Both the position numbers and the translations under genes were made by a program. The notes under the pieces were generated by a model, which saw only the letters and a list, made by a program, of their open reading frames with translations, made no database searches and had not been told where the DNA came from. DNA of 64,000 bases from Gemmatimonadota bacterium. Lineage in GTDB: Bacteria > Gemmatimonadota > Gemmatimonadetes > Gemmatimonadales > GWC2-71-9. Location: assembly GCA_016704275.1 (NCBI GenBank), contig JADJAK010000003.1:42122-106121 (forward strand), given 5' to 3'. Numbering within the stretch: the first letter of the stretch is position 1; each line of letters begins with the position of its first letter. This document shows, piece by piece, positions 9,122 to 18,881 of this stretch.

Positions 9122-10543
9122 ATGTCATTCCGCACCGAAAAGGACCCCCTCGGCGAAAAGCAGGTCCCCGCCGACGCCCTCTACGGGATCCAGACCCTTC
9201 GTGCCGTCGAGAACTACCCCATCTCCGGACTGCGCCCCCTCGCCGGCTTCGTCGAAGCGGTGGTGATGATCAAGCGCTCCGCCGCCGTCGTCCACAAGCA
9301 CACCGGCCGCCTCGAAGCGGCGTATGCGGACGCGATCATCCAGGCCGCCGATGAAGTCCTTGCCGGCCAGCATCGCGACCAGTTCGTCGTCGATCCGTAT
9401 CAGGCCGGCGCCGGCACCTCGCACAACATGAACTGCAACGAAGTGCTCGCGAATCGCGCCAACGAGATCCTCGGCGCGGCCCGCGGCGCCTACGCGCCGG
9501 TGCACCCGAACGACCACGTCAACATGGCGCAGTCGACCAATGACGTCATTCCGACGGCGATGCGCCTCGGGACGCTCCGCGCGTTGCCGAAGCTGCTGGC
9601 GTCGCTCGATCAGTTGGCCGAGGCCTTCCTCGCGAAGGGGAAGCAGTTCGACCATGTCATGAAGTCGGGGCGGACGCACCTGCAGGATGCCACGCCGATT
9701 CGCCTGGGCCAGGAGTTCACGGCGTACGGGCACACCGTCGCACGGCATCGCGCCAAGCTGGCGCAGGCGGCGGATTGGCTTCGCCCGATGAACATCGGCG
9801 GCAGCGCCGTCGGAACCGGCATCAACGTCGAAGTCGTCTATCCCGGGCTGATGGTCACGGAGATGAGCCGACTCTCCGGCGTCGCGCTCGAGGTCTCGTC
9901 CGATCGAATCCAGTTGATGCAGTCGATGGGTGACATCGCCACGTTCAGCGGCGCGATGCGCGCCTTCGTGCTCGACCTCTGCAAGATCGCCGATGACATC
10001 CGCCTGCTCGCCTCGGGTCCGCGCACGGGGCTCGCCGAGATCATCCTGCCGGCGGTGCAGCCGGGATCGTCGATCATGCCGGGGAAGATCAACCCGTCGA
10101 TCGCCGAGATGGTCAATCAGGTCTGCTACCAGCTGCTCGGCTTTGACACCACGGTGGCGATGGCGGCGAAGGCGGGCGAACTCGAGCTCAACGTGATGAT
10201 GCCGGTCATCACGCACAATGTGCTCTTCGGCATGGAGATCCTCAGCAACACCGCCACGGTCTTCGCCGAGAAGTGCATCAGCGGCATCGAGGCCGACGAG
10301 GCGATGTGCGCGCACTGGCTGGAGCGGTCGCCGGCGCTGGTGACGGCGCTGATGCCGAAGATCGGCTACGCCGAGTCGGCGAAGCTCTCGAAGGAGGCGC
10401 TCGCGACCGGCAAGACGGTGAAGCAGCTGGTCACCGACAAGAAGGTCCTCGAGGGGAAGGAGCTGGACGAGGTGCTCGACCTCCGCGCGATGACCGAGCT
10501 CGGCGTGCCGGGCGGCGGCAAGGGCGTGCCGGTCAGCGGGTGA
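9122..10543 (+). CDS. aspA: Aspartate ammonia-lyase (fumarase/aspartase family)
   Basis: Contains the GSSIMPGKINP signature. YQAGAGTS, LPAVQPGSS and MAAKAGELELNVMMPVI resemble AspA more than FumC, judged from memory of the E. coli sequences. Confidence 0.7.
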   Translation: MSFRTEKDPLGEKQVPADALYGIQTLRAVENYPISGLRPLAGFVEAVVMIKRSAAVVHKHTGRLEAAYADAIIQAADEVLAGQHRDQFVVDPYQAGAGTSHNMNCNEVLANRANEILGAARGAYAPVHPNDHVNMAQSTNDVIPTAMRLGTLRALPKLLASLDQLAEAFLAKGKQFDHVMKSGRTHLQDATPIRLGQEFTAYGHTVARHRAKLAQAADWLRPMNIGGSAVGTGINVEVVYPGLMVTEMSRLSGVALEVSSDRIQLMQSMGDIATFSGAMRAFVLDLCKIADDIRLLASGPRTGLAEIILPAVQPGSSIMPGKINPSIAEMVNQVCYQLLGFDTTVAMAAKAGELELNVMMPVITHNVLFGMEILSNTATVFAEKCISGIEADEAMCAHWLERSPALVTALMPKIGYAESAKLSKEALATGKTVKQLVTDKKVLEGKELDEVLDLRAMTELGVPGGGKGVPVSG

Positions 10544-11715
10544 CCGACACCGACACCGCCCGATGGCGGCGGCTGGCGCTGCTCGCCTTCGCCGTCGTCG
10601 GGGGGATGTCCACCTGGTTTGCGGGGAGCGTCGCCGCTCCCCTCCGTGCAGCCGACCTCGCCCTCACCTCGGGCGAGGTCGGCTGGTTGGTATCCGGCGT
10701 GCAACTCGGCTTCGTGCTGGGCACGCTGCTGATCGCGGTGCTCAACATCGCGGACGTGGTGCCGGGGCGCCGACTCTTCGCGGTGTCTGCGATGGGGGCC
10801 GCGATGGCGAACGCGGCGTTGCTGGTCGCGCCCACGCTTCCATGGCTCGTCGCGTCGCGGCTCGCCACCGGATTCTGTCTGGCCGGCGTGTACCCGCCCG
10901 CGATGAAGATGGCGGCCACCTGGTTCCGTCACTCGCGCGGGCTCGCGATCGGCACCGTGGTGGGTGCGCTCACCATCGGCAAGGCGCTGCCCTACCTGCT
11001 GCAGGGGAATGGCGCCGTCGCCATCGAGCTGGTGGTCCTGGTCCCGTCGCTCGCCGCCCTCGCCGCCGCCGTGCTCATTGGCACCACTTGGCACGACGGA
11101 CCGCACGCCTTCCCGGCCAGGCCCTTCCACTGGGGGCTGATCGGCGAGGTGGTGCGCGACGGACCACTGCGTCGCGTCACCGGCGGCTACCTCGGTCACA
11201 TGTGGGAGGTCTACGCCTTCTGGGCGTGGGTGCCTGGCTTCCTGACGGCGGCGGCGGCCGCGCGTGGCGAGGTGGCGACCGCGCACGGGACGGCGGCCTT
11301 CACGATCGTCGCGATCGGCGCCATCGGCTGCGTGGGCGGCGGGTTGCTGGCCGACCGCATCGGGCGGCGCCAGGTCGTGCGCGGGGCGATGCTGCTCAGT
11401 GGCACCCTCGCCGCGCTCTCCCCGCTGCTCTTCGGCGCACCGGCCTGGCTGTTGATGGCGGCGCTGCTGGTGTGGGGCATCGCCGTGATCGCCGACTCGG
11501 CGCAGTTCTCAGCGCTCGCCACCGAACTCGCTCCGCCACACGCCGTCGGCACCGCCCTCGCGCTGCAAACGTCGCTTGGCTTCCTGCTCACCATCGCGAG
11601 CATCCAACTCGTGCCGATGCTCGCCGATGCGCTCGGATGGCGCTGGGCGCTGGCGGTGCTGGCGGTGGGGCCGTTGGTTGGGGTGGGGGTGTTGCGGAAG
11701 GGAAGTGATCAGTGA
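10540..11715 (+). CDS. MFS transporter
   Basis: GTG 10540 sits in a GTGA overlap. About 12 predicted hydrophobic helices with an MFS-like loop (DRIGRRQ). The stop TGA 11713-11715 lies in repeat B. Confidence 0.75.
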   Translation: MTDTDTARWRRLALLAFAVVGGMSTWFAGSVAAPLRAADLALTSGEVGWLVSGVQLGFVLGTLLIAVLNIADVVPGRRLFAVSAMGAAMANAALLVAPTLPWLVASRLATGFCLAGVYPPAMKMAATWFRHSRGLAIGTVVGALTIGKALPYLLQGNGAVAIELVVLVPSLAALAAAVLIGTTWHDGPHAFPARPFHWGLIGEVVRDGPLRRVTGGYLGHMWEVYAFWAWVPGFLTAAAAARGEVATAHGTAAFTIVAIGAIGCVGGGLLADRIGRRQVVRGAMLLSGTLAALSPLLFGAPAWLLMAALLVWGIAVIADSAQFSALATELAPPHAVGTALALQTSLGFLLTIASIQLVPMLADALGWRWALAVLAVGPLVGVGVLRKGSDQ

Positions 11716-11782
11716 CGAGTGACCAGTGACCAGGTCACCACAGGTCACAGGTCACAGGTTACAGGTTACGGTCACTCGTTAC
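11704..11782. repeat. Heptamer-zipper hairpin B: 4 x AGTGA(C/T)(C/G) facing about 6 x AGGT(C/T)AC; same heptamer family as A
   Basis: Read directly. It lies between convergent genes and contains the stop codons of both (11713-11715 on plus, 11772-11774 on minus). Confidence 0.9.
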
Positions 11783-12323
11783 GCTCGCCTCCCAGCCCAT
11801 TCAGAAAGAATCCCGCCAGTTCCGCGCGCCCGCTTTGCCCGGACTTGTCATAGACCGAGACCGCATGCTGTCGGACGGTTCGTTCGGCGCGGCCGGTGCG
11901 GGCGGCGATCTCCTTGTGGCCCAGCCCCTGAAGGAGGAGGAGGGCGACTTCGTGCTCGGCGGGGGTCAATTCCCACTTGGTGAGCTGCGCGGTGACCGCG
12001 TCGCCGAATGATCGAATGGCACCTTCCGCGCTCGCGCGCCAGGCATCTCGTTCGACCTGCCGCTCCTCGAGGGAGCGACGGGTGTGGCGGAGCTCGGCGG
12101 AGACGGCGCGCCACCGGAGCCAGAGGAAGGTGGCGAGCGTGGCGCTGGTCAGGACCAGGGCGACTTCGAGGAGGATATGGGCCGACCACCACGACGTCGG
12201 CTCGTCCATGAGGAGATCGACGACGCCCCCGATGCCAACCAAGGCGAGGACGCCGATGACCAGGGCATCCAGGGCGGCAGGGGCGGGCGGGTCGTCGGGG
12301 CTGGATGACGGCTGGAGGGGCAT
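11772..12323 (-). CDS. LuxR/GerE-family transcriptional regulator with an N-terminal two-helix membrane anchor
   Basis: The C-terminal HTH is LTPAEHEVALLLLQGLGHKEIAARTGRAERTVRQHAVSVYDKSG. The N-terminus has two hydrophobic helices. Confidence 0.75.
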   Translation of the reverse strand: MPLQPSSSPDDPPAPAALDALVIGVLALVGIGGVVDLLMDEPTSWWSAHILLEVALVLTSATLATFLWLRWRAVSAELRHTRRSLEERQVERDAWRASAEGAIRSFGDAVTAQLTKWELTPAEHEVALLLLQGLGHKEIAARTGRAERTVRQHAVSVYDKSGQSGRAELAGFFLNGLGGERNE

Positions 12324-12476
12324 CCGGCAAATGTCGGAGTGTCATCCCGCCACCACAAGGCAGGCGGATGCCGGATGGCCGGGCGCGCCAATCCTCGGCA
12401 CCTTGGTCCCACGCGATCGGCAGGGGGTGCCACCCGGGCGTCTCGCCACCGATCCAGCCAGCCAGGAGAGACCACC

Positions 12477-12992
12477 ATGTTCGCTGACCTGCTTCCCGTC
12501 CCCCTCCATCCGGCCATCGTGCACCTGCCGATTGCCTTCGCCGTCCTGTTGCCGCTCTTCGCGATCGGTGGGCTGATCGCGGTTCGTCGGGGGGCGTCAC
12601 CCCGGGCGGCCTGGGGGATCACCGTCGCCATGGCGGCGGCGCTGGTCGCCACCGGGCTCATTGCCAAGGAAACCGGCGAGGATGGCGAGGACCGGGTCGA
12701 GCAGATCGTCCCCAAGGCGGCCTTCGAGGCCCACGAGGAGGCGGCCGATCGCTTCGTCGTGATCGGCGTGGCCGTCTTTGCCCTCAGCCTGCTTGGCCTG
12801 CGGCGGGACGCCATCGGGAATGCCGGGCGCATCGTGACCACCCTGGGGACCGTGGCGGTCCTGGCCGCGGGCTACTCGGTCGGGCACGCTGGCGGGCAGC
12901 TGGTGTATCAGCATGGAGCCGCCTCGGCCTATGCCCAGACCCCGGGGGGAAGCGCACCGACTGTGGCTGGGGAGGCCGAAGACGGGGAGTGA
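12477..12992 (+). CDS. Membrane protein (DUF2231-like)
   Basis: ATG 12477 follows GGAGAG. The sequence MFADLLPVPLHPAIVHLPIAFAVLLP and four hydrophobic segments fit this family. The family assignment is from memory. Confidence 0.55.
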   Translation: MFADLLPVPLHPAIVHLPIAFAVLLPLFAIGGLIAVRRGASPRAAWGITVAMAAALVATGLIAKETGEDGEDRVEQIVPKAAFEAHEEAADRFVVIGVAVFALSLLGLRRDAIGNAGRIVTTLGTVAVLAAGYSVGHAGGQLVYQHGAASAYAQTPGGSAPTVAGEAEDGE

Positions 12993-13004
12993 CTTCAGGC
13001 GGGC

Positions 13005-13039
13005 AAGCGATTCCCCCACCACTCCGGTCGGAATCGCTT
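13005..13039 (+). terminator. Hairpin (10-bp stem AAGCGATTCC/GGAATCGCTT, 15-nt loop) downstream of the 12477-12992 gene
   Basis: Read directly. There is no clear U-tract. Confidence 0.3.
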
Positions 13040-13143
13040 ACCTTCCGGGGGTAGGGAGTTGGGAATGACCCGACTCGATCATTCACCCTTCACCTCCGAC
13101 CCCCCCTGTCGACTTTACCACGAATTCGGAGCAAAGTGATTTT

Positions 13144-13605
13144 ATGCGCGTGACCACGTGGACTGAATATTCGCTGATCATTTCGCTGCATCTGGCACGG
13201 CGTCGCCGTGACGGTGCCCGCGCCATCGCCGCGCGTGAACTTGCGGAACTCGAGAAGCTGCCGCCGGACTATGTCGAACAGATCCTCCTGCGCCTTCGCC
13301 GCGGCGCGCTGGTCGAATCGATTCGCGGCGCCAAGGGCGGCTATCTCCTCGCTCGCGACCCCGAAGGGATCACGGTACATGACGTGATGACGGCGTCGGA
13401 GCACCAGACGTTCGAAATGAATTGCGCAACGCACCCGGTGAACTCCGAACGCTGTTCCCCGACGACTGCCTGCTCGATCCGTCCCGTCTGGCAGGCGCTG
13501 CAGGGTCGCATCGACGAACTGCTGCTGTCGATCACGCTCGCGGATCTGCTGGCCAATGACGAGGCCCAGCTTCCGACGCTGGTCACGCTGCAGCACACGA
13601 CCTAG
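13144..13605 (+). CDS. Rrf2-family transcriptional regulator (three-Cys, IscR/NsrR-like)
   Basis: The winged helix is MRVTTWTEYSLIISLHLAR...YVEQILLRLRRGALVESIRGAKGGYLLAR. A Cys cluster follows: C..x9..C..x5..C. Confidence 0.85.
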   Translation: MRVTTWTEYSLIISLHLARRRRDGARAIAARELAELEKLPPDYVEQILLRLRRGALVESIRGAKGGYLLARDPEGITVHDVMTASEHQTFEMNCATHPVNSERCSPTTACSIRPVWQALQGRIDELLLSITLADLLANDEAQLPTLVTLQHTT

Positions 13606-13608
13606 CCC

Positions 13609-14778
13609 GTGCGGCGCGTTGCGCCGCACCCCTCGCCTGTGACCAGACTCTCTTCCGACGAACTCCAGCGCTACGCCCGGCATCTCACCCTCCCAGAAGT
13701 GGGGGTGGCCGGGCAGGAGCGCCTGTCGTCCGCGCGCATTCTCCTGATCGGTGCCGGCGGACTCGGCTCGCCGGCGGCGCTCTACCTCGCGGCCGCGGGC
13801 ATCGGGACCATCGGCATCGTCGATGCCGATGTCGTCGACGCCTCGAACCTCCAGCGTCAGGTGCTGCACGACACGCCATCGATCGGCCACCTCAAGGTCG
13901 TGTCGGCGAAGGCGCGCCTCGAGGCGCTGAATCCGTTCGTGCGCGTCGAACCGATCGCCGAACGGCTCACCGCAGCCAACGCCCGCGCGATCATCGCACG
14001 GTACGATCTCGTCGTCGACGGCAGCGACAACTTCCCGACCCGCTATCTGGTCAACGATGCCTGCGTGCTCGAAGGGAAGCCGTTTGTCTACGGTTCCATC
14101 TTCCGCTTCGAGGGGCAGCTCTCGCTCTTTGGGATGCCCGGTGGCCCCTGTTACCGCTGCCTCTTCGCGGAACCGCCATCGCCCGAGCTGGTGCCGTCGT
14201 GTGTCGAAGCGGGCGTGATCGGGGTCCTGCCGGGCCTCATTGGCACCTTGCAGGCACTCGAGGCGATCAAGTGGGTCCTGGGGATCGGCCGCTCCGCCGC
14301 GGGCCGCCTGCTGCTCGTCGACGCGCTGGGGCTCACGGTGCGGGAGATCGCCGTGGCGCGCGACCCGGCGTGCGCCGTCTGCGGCGACACCCCGAGCGTG
14401 ACCGCCCTGGTCGACTACGACGCCTTCTGCGGCTTGACGCCGCTCACGCTGGCCGATGGGGAGGGGGAGGTCACGCCGACCGAGCTGTCGCGCGCCCTCG
14501 GGGCGAGCGAGCTCCCGGTCCTCCTCGACGTGCGGGAAGAGTGGGAGGTGGCGATCGCCGTGTTGCCCGGCTCCACCGTCATCCCATTGGGCGAGCTGCC
14601 GGCCAGGCTCCGCGAACTCCCCACGACGCGGCCGATCGTGACGGTCTGCCACCATGGCCTCCGCTCGGCCGCCGCCCGCGACCTGTTGCGGCGCGCGGGG
14701 TTTCCACATGTGACAAGCCTCGCCGGCGGAGTGGACGCCTGGGCGAGGCTTGTGGACCAGCAAATGGCGCGGTACTAA
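13609..14778 (+). CDS. moeB: Molybdopterin/thiamine-synthase adenylyltransferase (MoeB/ThiF, MoeZ type) with C-terminal rhodanese domain
   Basis: Motifs: LQRYARHLTLPEVGVAGQERL, LLIGAGGLGSPAALYLAAAGIG, and CxxC pairs. The C-terminal rhodanese domain has the active-site CHHGLRS. GTG 13639 is an alternative start. Confidence 0.8.
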   Translation: MRRVAPHPSPVTRLSSDELQRYARHLTLPEVGVAGQERLSSARILLIGAGGLGSPAALYLAAAGIGTIGIVDADVVDASNLQRQVLHDTPSIGHLKVVSAKARLEALNPFVRVEPIAERLTAANARAIIARYDLVVDGSDNFPTRYLVNDACVLEGKPFVYGSIFRFEGQLSLFGMPGGPCYRCLFAEPPSPELVPSCVEAGVIGVLPGLIGTLQALEAIKWVLGIGRSAAGRLLLVDALGLTVREIAVARDPACAVCGDTPSVTALVDYDAFCGLTPLTLADGEGEVTPTELSRALGASELPVLLDVREEWEVAIAVLPGSTVIPLGELPARLRELPTTRPIVTVCHHGLRSAAARDLLRRAGFPHVTSLAGGVDAWARLVDQQMARY

Positions 14779-14801
14779 CCGGCAGTGCCGGGTCCTGCGA
14801 G

Positions 14802-14885
14802 TGCCGAAGGGGGGACTCGAACCCCCACGGGCTTGCGCCCACTGCGCCCTGAACGCAGCGCGTCTACCAGTTCCACCACTTCGGC
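14802..14885 (-). tRNA. tRNA-Leu (anticodon CAG)
   Basis: The reverse complement reads GCCGAAGTGGTGGAACTGGTAGACGCGCTGCGTTCAGGGCGCAGTGGGCGCAAGCCCGTGGGGGTTCGAGTCCCCCCCTTCGGCA. It has a cloverleaf with a long variable arm and the anticodon loop TTCAGGG. CCA is not encoded. Confidence 0.9.
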
Positions 14886-14957
14886 GAGGCGGCAAACCTA
14901 GTCCCGTCGCGGCCCGAGCGTCAAGCAGTCGACCCAATCGTCCGTTACTTTCGAAGC

Positions 14958-15452
14958 ATGGCCCCCAAGGACACCGCCCCCGCCGCCGAGCCCAAAGCTC
15001 GCCTCTCCGTCGCCCGCAACCCCAAGGCGACGTATGACTATTTCGTCCTGGACACGATGGAAGCGGGCGTGGTGCTGACCGGGACCGAGGTGAAGTCGTT
15101 GCGTCGGCGCGGCGCGTCGATCAAGGAGGCCTTCGCGCGCGTCTACAAGGGCGAAGTCTGGCTTGAAGGGATGAACATCACCCCGTACGAACAGGGCAAC
15201 CGATACAACCACGATCCGGTGAGGTCGCGGAAGCTGCTGCTCCACAAGAAGGAGATCGAGAAGTTGATCGGCTCCGTCGAGCGGCAGGGACTCTCGCTGG
15301 TGCCGTTGGAACTCTACTTCCTCGGCGGTCGGGCCAAGATCCAGCTCGCCCTCGCGCGTGGGAAGAAGGCGCATGACAAGCGCGAGACTCTCAAGAAGCA
15401 GATTGCCACGCGCGAGATTGCGCGCGCGGCCTCGTGGAAGGGACGCCAGTGA
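14958..15452 (+). CDS. smpB: SsrA-binding protein
   Basis: NPKATYDYFVLDTMEAGVVLTGTEVKSLR ... RKLLLHKKEIEKL ... LVPLELYF is the canonical SmpB pattern. Confidence 0.9.
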   Translation: MAPKDTAPAAEPKARLSVARNPKATYDYFVLDTMEAGVVLTGTEVKSLRRRGASIKEAFARVYKGEVWLEGMNITPYEQGNRYNHDPVRSRKLLLHKKEIEKLIGSVERQGLSLVPLELYFLGGRAKIQLALARGKKAHDKRETLKKQIATREIARAASWKGRQ

Positions 15453-16669
15453 ATCGCCCCGCGCTCCTGAGCGGCGCCCTCGCGCTGCTGTTCGTCGGCC
15501 CTCCACCGGCCAGGCTGCAGATCAACACGGCGCGTGGCACCGTGAGCGTGCCGTTGACGCAGGTCGCCGGTGAGGGGCCGTTGGTGCCGCTCGCCGCGCT
15601 CGCGTCGGCCCTGGCAGGCACCGTCGAAGGGCGCGATTGGGTCACCCTCACGGCGGGGCGCGCGAGCTACCGCTTCTTGGTGGGGACGACCGTCGTGCAA
15701 GATGGGACCGCGCTGCGCAACCTTCCCGCAGCATCGCGCCGGCGGAACGACACCATCTTCGTGCCGCTGGCCTTTGTCGCCGATGTGCTGGCCGACCCCG
15801 CGCGGCGCGCGTGGACCTACTCGCCGCTCACGACCACCTTGGCGGAGCTCCCGGCCGGCACGCCGATCGTGACCCGCCCCGCCCGCACCACGACCGGTGC
15901 CGAAGAGCGTGCTCGCCTCCCCGACGGATTGCGTCCCGGTCATCACGTCACCGTCGACGCGGGCCACGGCGGCACCGACGCCGGCAACCCGGGGTTGCAG
16001 TTCCCGCGCGGGATCCACGAAAAGGATGTCACGCTCGCCGTGTCGCTCAAGCTGCGCGCCGAGCTCGAGCGGCGCGGCGTGCGCGTGACGATGACGCGCA
16101 CCACCGACACGCTGATCAACCTCAACCATCGCGCACCGCGCTACTGTGGCGGCAGCTGCGACCTGTTCGTGTCGGTGCACGTGAACTCGCTCGACAAGCG
16201 CCCGGGGTATGACCGCGTCCGCGGCTTCGAGACCTACTTCCTTGCCGACGCGAAGACCGCCGACGCGGCGCGCGTGGCGCGGATGGAAAACGAAGCGATC
16301 CGCTTCGACCTTCCCGATACCGATGCCCCCGCGCTCGGCAAGCTCGACTTCATCCTCAAGGACCTGCAGACCAACGAGTTCCTGCGCGAGTCGGCACGCG
16401 CATCGGAGCTGGTGCAGTCGCACATTCGCGAGGTGCACACCGGCCCCGATCGCGGCGTGAAGCAGGCCGGCTTCGCGGTGCTCGCCTCGGCGCGACGCCC
16501 CGCGATCCTGATCGAGCTCGGCTACAGCACCAACCCGGAGGATGGTCGGTTGATGTCCTCGCCGAACGGGCAGGCGGCGCTGGCCGACCGGATCGCCGAC
16601 GCGATCGTGGCGTACCTCCGCGAGTACGATCGTCGCACCGGTGACGCGCAGCGGGGGATGGAAAAGTGA
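15449..16669 (+). CDS. N-acetylmuramoyl-L-alanine amidase (Amidase_3 family), secreted
   Basis: GTG 15449 sits in a GTGA overlap (ATG 15434 is an alternative). Contains a signal peptide, VTVDAGHGGTDAGNPG, LFVSVHVNS and GFAVLASARRPAILIELGY. Confidence 0.8.
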   Translation: MNRPALLSGALALLFVGPPPARLQINTARGTVSVPLTQVAGEGPLVPLAALASALAGTVEGRDWVTLTAGRASYRFLVGTTVVQDGTALRNLPAASRRRNDTIFVPLAFVADVLADPARRAWTYSPLTTTLAELPAGTPIVTRPARTTTGAEERARLPDGLRPGHHVTVDAGHGGTDAGNPGLQFPRGIHEKDVTLAVSLKLRAELERRGVRVTMTRTTDTLINLNHRAPRYCGGSCDLFVSVHVNSLDKRPGYDRVRGFETYFLADAKTADAARVARMENEAIRFDLPDTDAPALGKLDFILKDLQTNEFLRESARASELVQSHIREVHTGPDRGVKQAGFAVLASARRPAILIELGYSTNPEDGRLMSSPNGQAALADRIADAIVAYLREYDRRTGDAQRGMEK

Positions 16670-18018
16670 TGCGCCGCCTCCTGGTCGGCGTAGTGCTGCT
16701 CAGTGGGTGCACCTGGTCGAACTCGCTCTACCAGGCGCGTCGCCTTGCGGCCGAAGGCGAGGCCGCCGCGCGCAGCGGGCAGCCGTTCGAGGCACAGCGC
16801 GCATGGGATCTGGCGGGCGTGAAGGCCGACTCGGCATTCGCGCGGGCGCGCGGCGTCGGGCGTGGCGCAGCCGAGGCGCTCTGGGTGCGCGGCCGCTCCG
16901 AGGCGCGGCGGCCCGATTGCCCGGCGGCGATCGCGACGCTCGATCAGGCGCTGATCGCGTACCCGGATGCCCCGTGGCGTGAGGGGCTGCTGCTGGAGCT
17001 CGGTCGCTGCCGAGCGGCGATGGGTGACCCGACGGCGGCGGCGCACTTCGCGGCGCTGCTCGAGAGCCGTGACCCCGCCCGACGTCGCGAGGCGCACCTC
17101 CGTGCCGGCCACCTCGCCGTGCAGGAGCAGCGGTGGGACGACGCACTCACCCTGCTGGCGAGCGAGGACACGGCATCGGCCCTGGTGGATCGGGCCGTCG
17201 CACTGAGCGCCCTGGGCCGGACGGACGAGGCCCTGCAGGTCGTCGCGCCGCTCCTCCTCGCGGCCGACAGCACCGTCGCCTGGGAACCGCTGGTCCGGTA
17301 CTTCGCCGCGCGCAACACGGCCGATGCCGACCGCTTCCTCGATCGACTCGCGGCGCAACCCACCGCCAATGACGCGCGCCGCAGCGCCTGGCTCTTCGCC
17401 GCGATCGATGCGGGGTTGCCCGCCGACCCGGTCGCCGCCGAGCGGCGCTTCCAGTCGCTGGTGCAGTTGCCCGCGTCGCGCAGTGTCAACGAGGGTCGGC
17501 TCCGGATCGCCGAGTATCGCGTCGGCCAGGCCACCTCGATGGGCGGACTGCGCTCGGCGCTCGACGCCTTGGGCAATCTCGGCACCGGTGGTGGGCTCGC
17601 CGCCGCACGCATTGCGGAGCTGCAGCGTATCGGGGGGCAGATGGTCGCGGAGCACGACTCGCTGGTGGTGGGGAAGGGCACTGGCGACCTCACGCTCTTC
17701 GCGCTGGCGGAGGTCGCCCGCGATTCGTTGCGCGCACCGGCGCTGGCGTCGTTCCTCTGGTGGCAGCTCGAGCAGGGGTGGCCGGCGTCGCCCTTCGTGC
17801 CGAAGGCACTGATGGCGCGGATGGCGATCGTGCCCGACTCGGCCGAGAGCCTGCGCGTCCGGCTGGTCGCGATGACGACGAGTCCCTACCTGGCCTTTGC
17901 GCGCGGTGAGAACGACCCGCGCTTCGTGCAACTCGAAGACTCGCTCGGCGGCTTCATCACCGCGCGGGCACGACGACTCACCGCTGCTGCGGCCGCCGCC
18001 CAGGTGGACAAGGAGTGA
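16666..18018 (+). CDS. Lipoprotein, helical/TPR-like, function unknown
   Basis: The lipobox is LLSGC after MMRRLLVGVV. The sequence is Ala/Leu/Arg-rich and helical. The start overlaps the amidase stop. Confidence 0.6.
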   Translation: MMRRLLVGVVLLSGCTWSNSLYQARRLAAEGEAAARSGQPFEAQRAWDLAGVKADSAFARARGVGRGAAEALWVRGRSEARRPDCPAAIATLDQALIAYPDAPWREGLLLELGRCRAAMGDPTAAAHFAALLESRDPARRREAHLRAGHLAVQEQRWDDALTLLASEDTASALVDRAVALSALGRTDEALQVVAPLLLAADSTVAWEPLVRYFAARNTADADRFLDRLAAQPTANDARRSAWLFAAIDAGLPADPVAAERRFQSLVQLPASRSVNEGRLRIAEYRVGQATSMGGLRSALDALGNLGTGGGLAAARIAELQRIGGQMVAEHDSLVVGKGTGDLTLFALAEVARDSLRAPALASFLWWQLEQGWPASPFVPKALMARMAIVPDSAESLRVRLVAMTTSPYLAFARGENDPRFVQLEDSLGGFITARARRLTAAAAAAQVDKE

Positions 18019-18881
18019 GCGGACTCGCGCGCGAGGTGGCGGGCATCCGCTTCGCCAATCCTGTGCTGCTGGCCTCCGGGACCGCGGGATACGGCCGCGA
18101 GTTGTTGGGCGTTGCCGACCTGTCGTGCCTTGGCGGGCTGGTCACCAAGGCGGTGTCGCTCGCGCCGCGGGCGGGCAATGCCGCGCCACGCGTCGCCGAG
18201 TTCCACGGGGGGATGCTCAACTCGATCGGGCTCGCCAATCCCGGCGCCGATCAGGTTGCGCGCGACGAGCTGCCGTGGCTCCTCGCCAACGTGCGCGGGC
18301 CGCAGGTGCTGGTGAACGTCGTCGGCTTCACGATCGAGGAATACGCCGAGGTGATCGCACGGCTTGAGTCGGTGAGTGGGCACGCCGGGTATGAACTCAA
18401 CCTCTCCTGTCCCAACACCTCGGCAGGTGGCGTCGAGTTCGGTGCCGATCCCGACTCGGTGCGTGCGGTGGTCTCCCGCTGCCGCGCGGCGACGACGCGT
18501 CCGCTCTTCGCGAAGCTCTCACCGGCGTTGCCCGACATCCCCGCGATTGCGGCGGTGGCGCACGACGCGGGTGCGGATGGCCTCACGTTGGTGAACACGA
18601 TGCCGGGCTACCTGTTCGATGGCGATGCGCCGCGACTGGGCAACGGCTTCGGTGGCGTCAGCGGCCCCGCGCTGTTGCCGACCGGTGTGCTGGCGGTCAA
18701 GCGCACCGCCGCCCGACTTCCCGGGGTGCCGATCATCGGCGTCGGTGGCATTCGATCGGCCGCCGACGTGCGGGACTACTTGCGGGCCGGGGCGACGCTG
18801 GTCGCCATCGGCACGGCCGGGCTTGCCGACCCTCGGTGCCCGGAACGGATCGTCAGAGCATTGGAGCAGCACGGTGGCTGA
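18015..18881 (+). CDS. pyrD: Dihydroorotate dehydrogenase, class 1
   Basis: Motifs: FANPVLLASGTAGYG, MLNSIGLANPG, ELNLSCPN, GGIRSAADVRDYL. The start sits in a GTGA overlap. Confidence 0.85.
   Translation: MSGLAREVAGIRFANPVLLASGTAGYGRELLGVADLSCLGGLVTKAVSLAPRAGNAAPRVAEFHGGMLNSIGLANPGADQVARDELPWLLANVRGPQVLVNVVGFTIEEYAEVIARLESVSGHAGYELNLSCPNTSAGGVEFGADPDSVRAVVSRCRAATTRPLFAKLSPALPDIPAIAAVAHDAGADGLTLVNTMPGYLFDGDAPRLGNGFGGVSGPALLPTGVLAVKRTAARLPGVPIIGVGGIRSAADVRDYLRAGATLVAIGTAGLADPRCPERIVRALEQHGG

Noticed and set aside
14779-14957. tRNA-Leu as an integration hotspot, or tmRNA next to smpB
   Set aside because: No integrase, direct repeat of the tRNA 3' end or foreign-looking genes flank the tRNA. 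No tmRNA-like sequence (tRNA-Ala-like acceptor plus tag ORF) was found near smpB.
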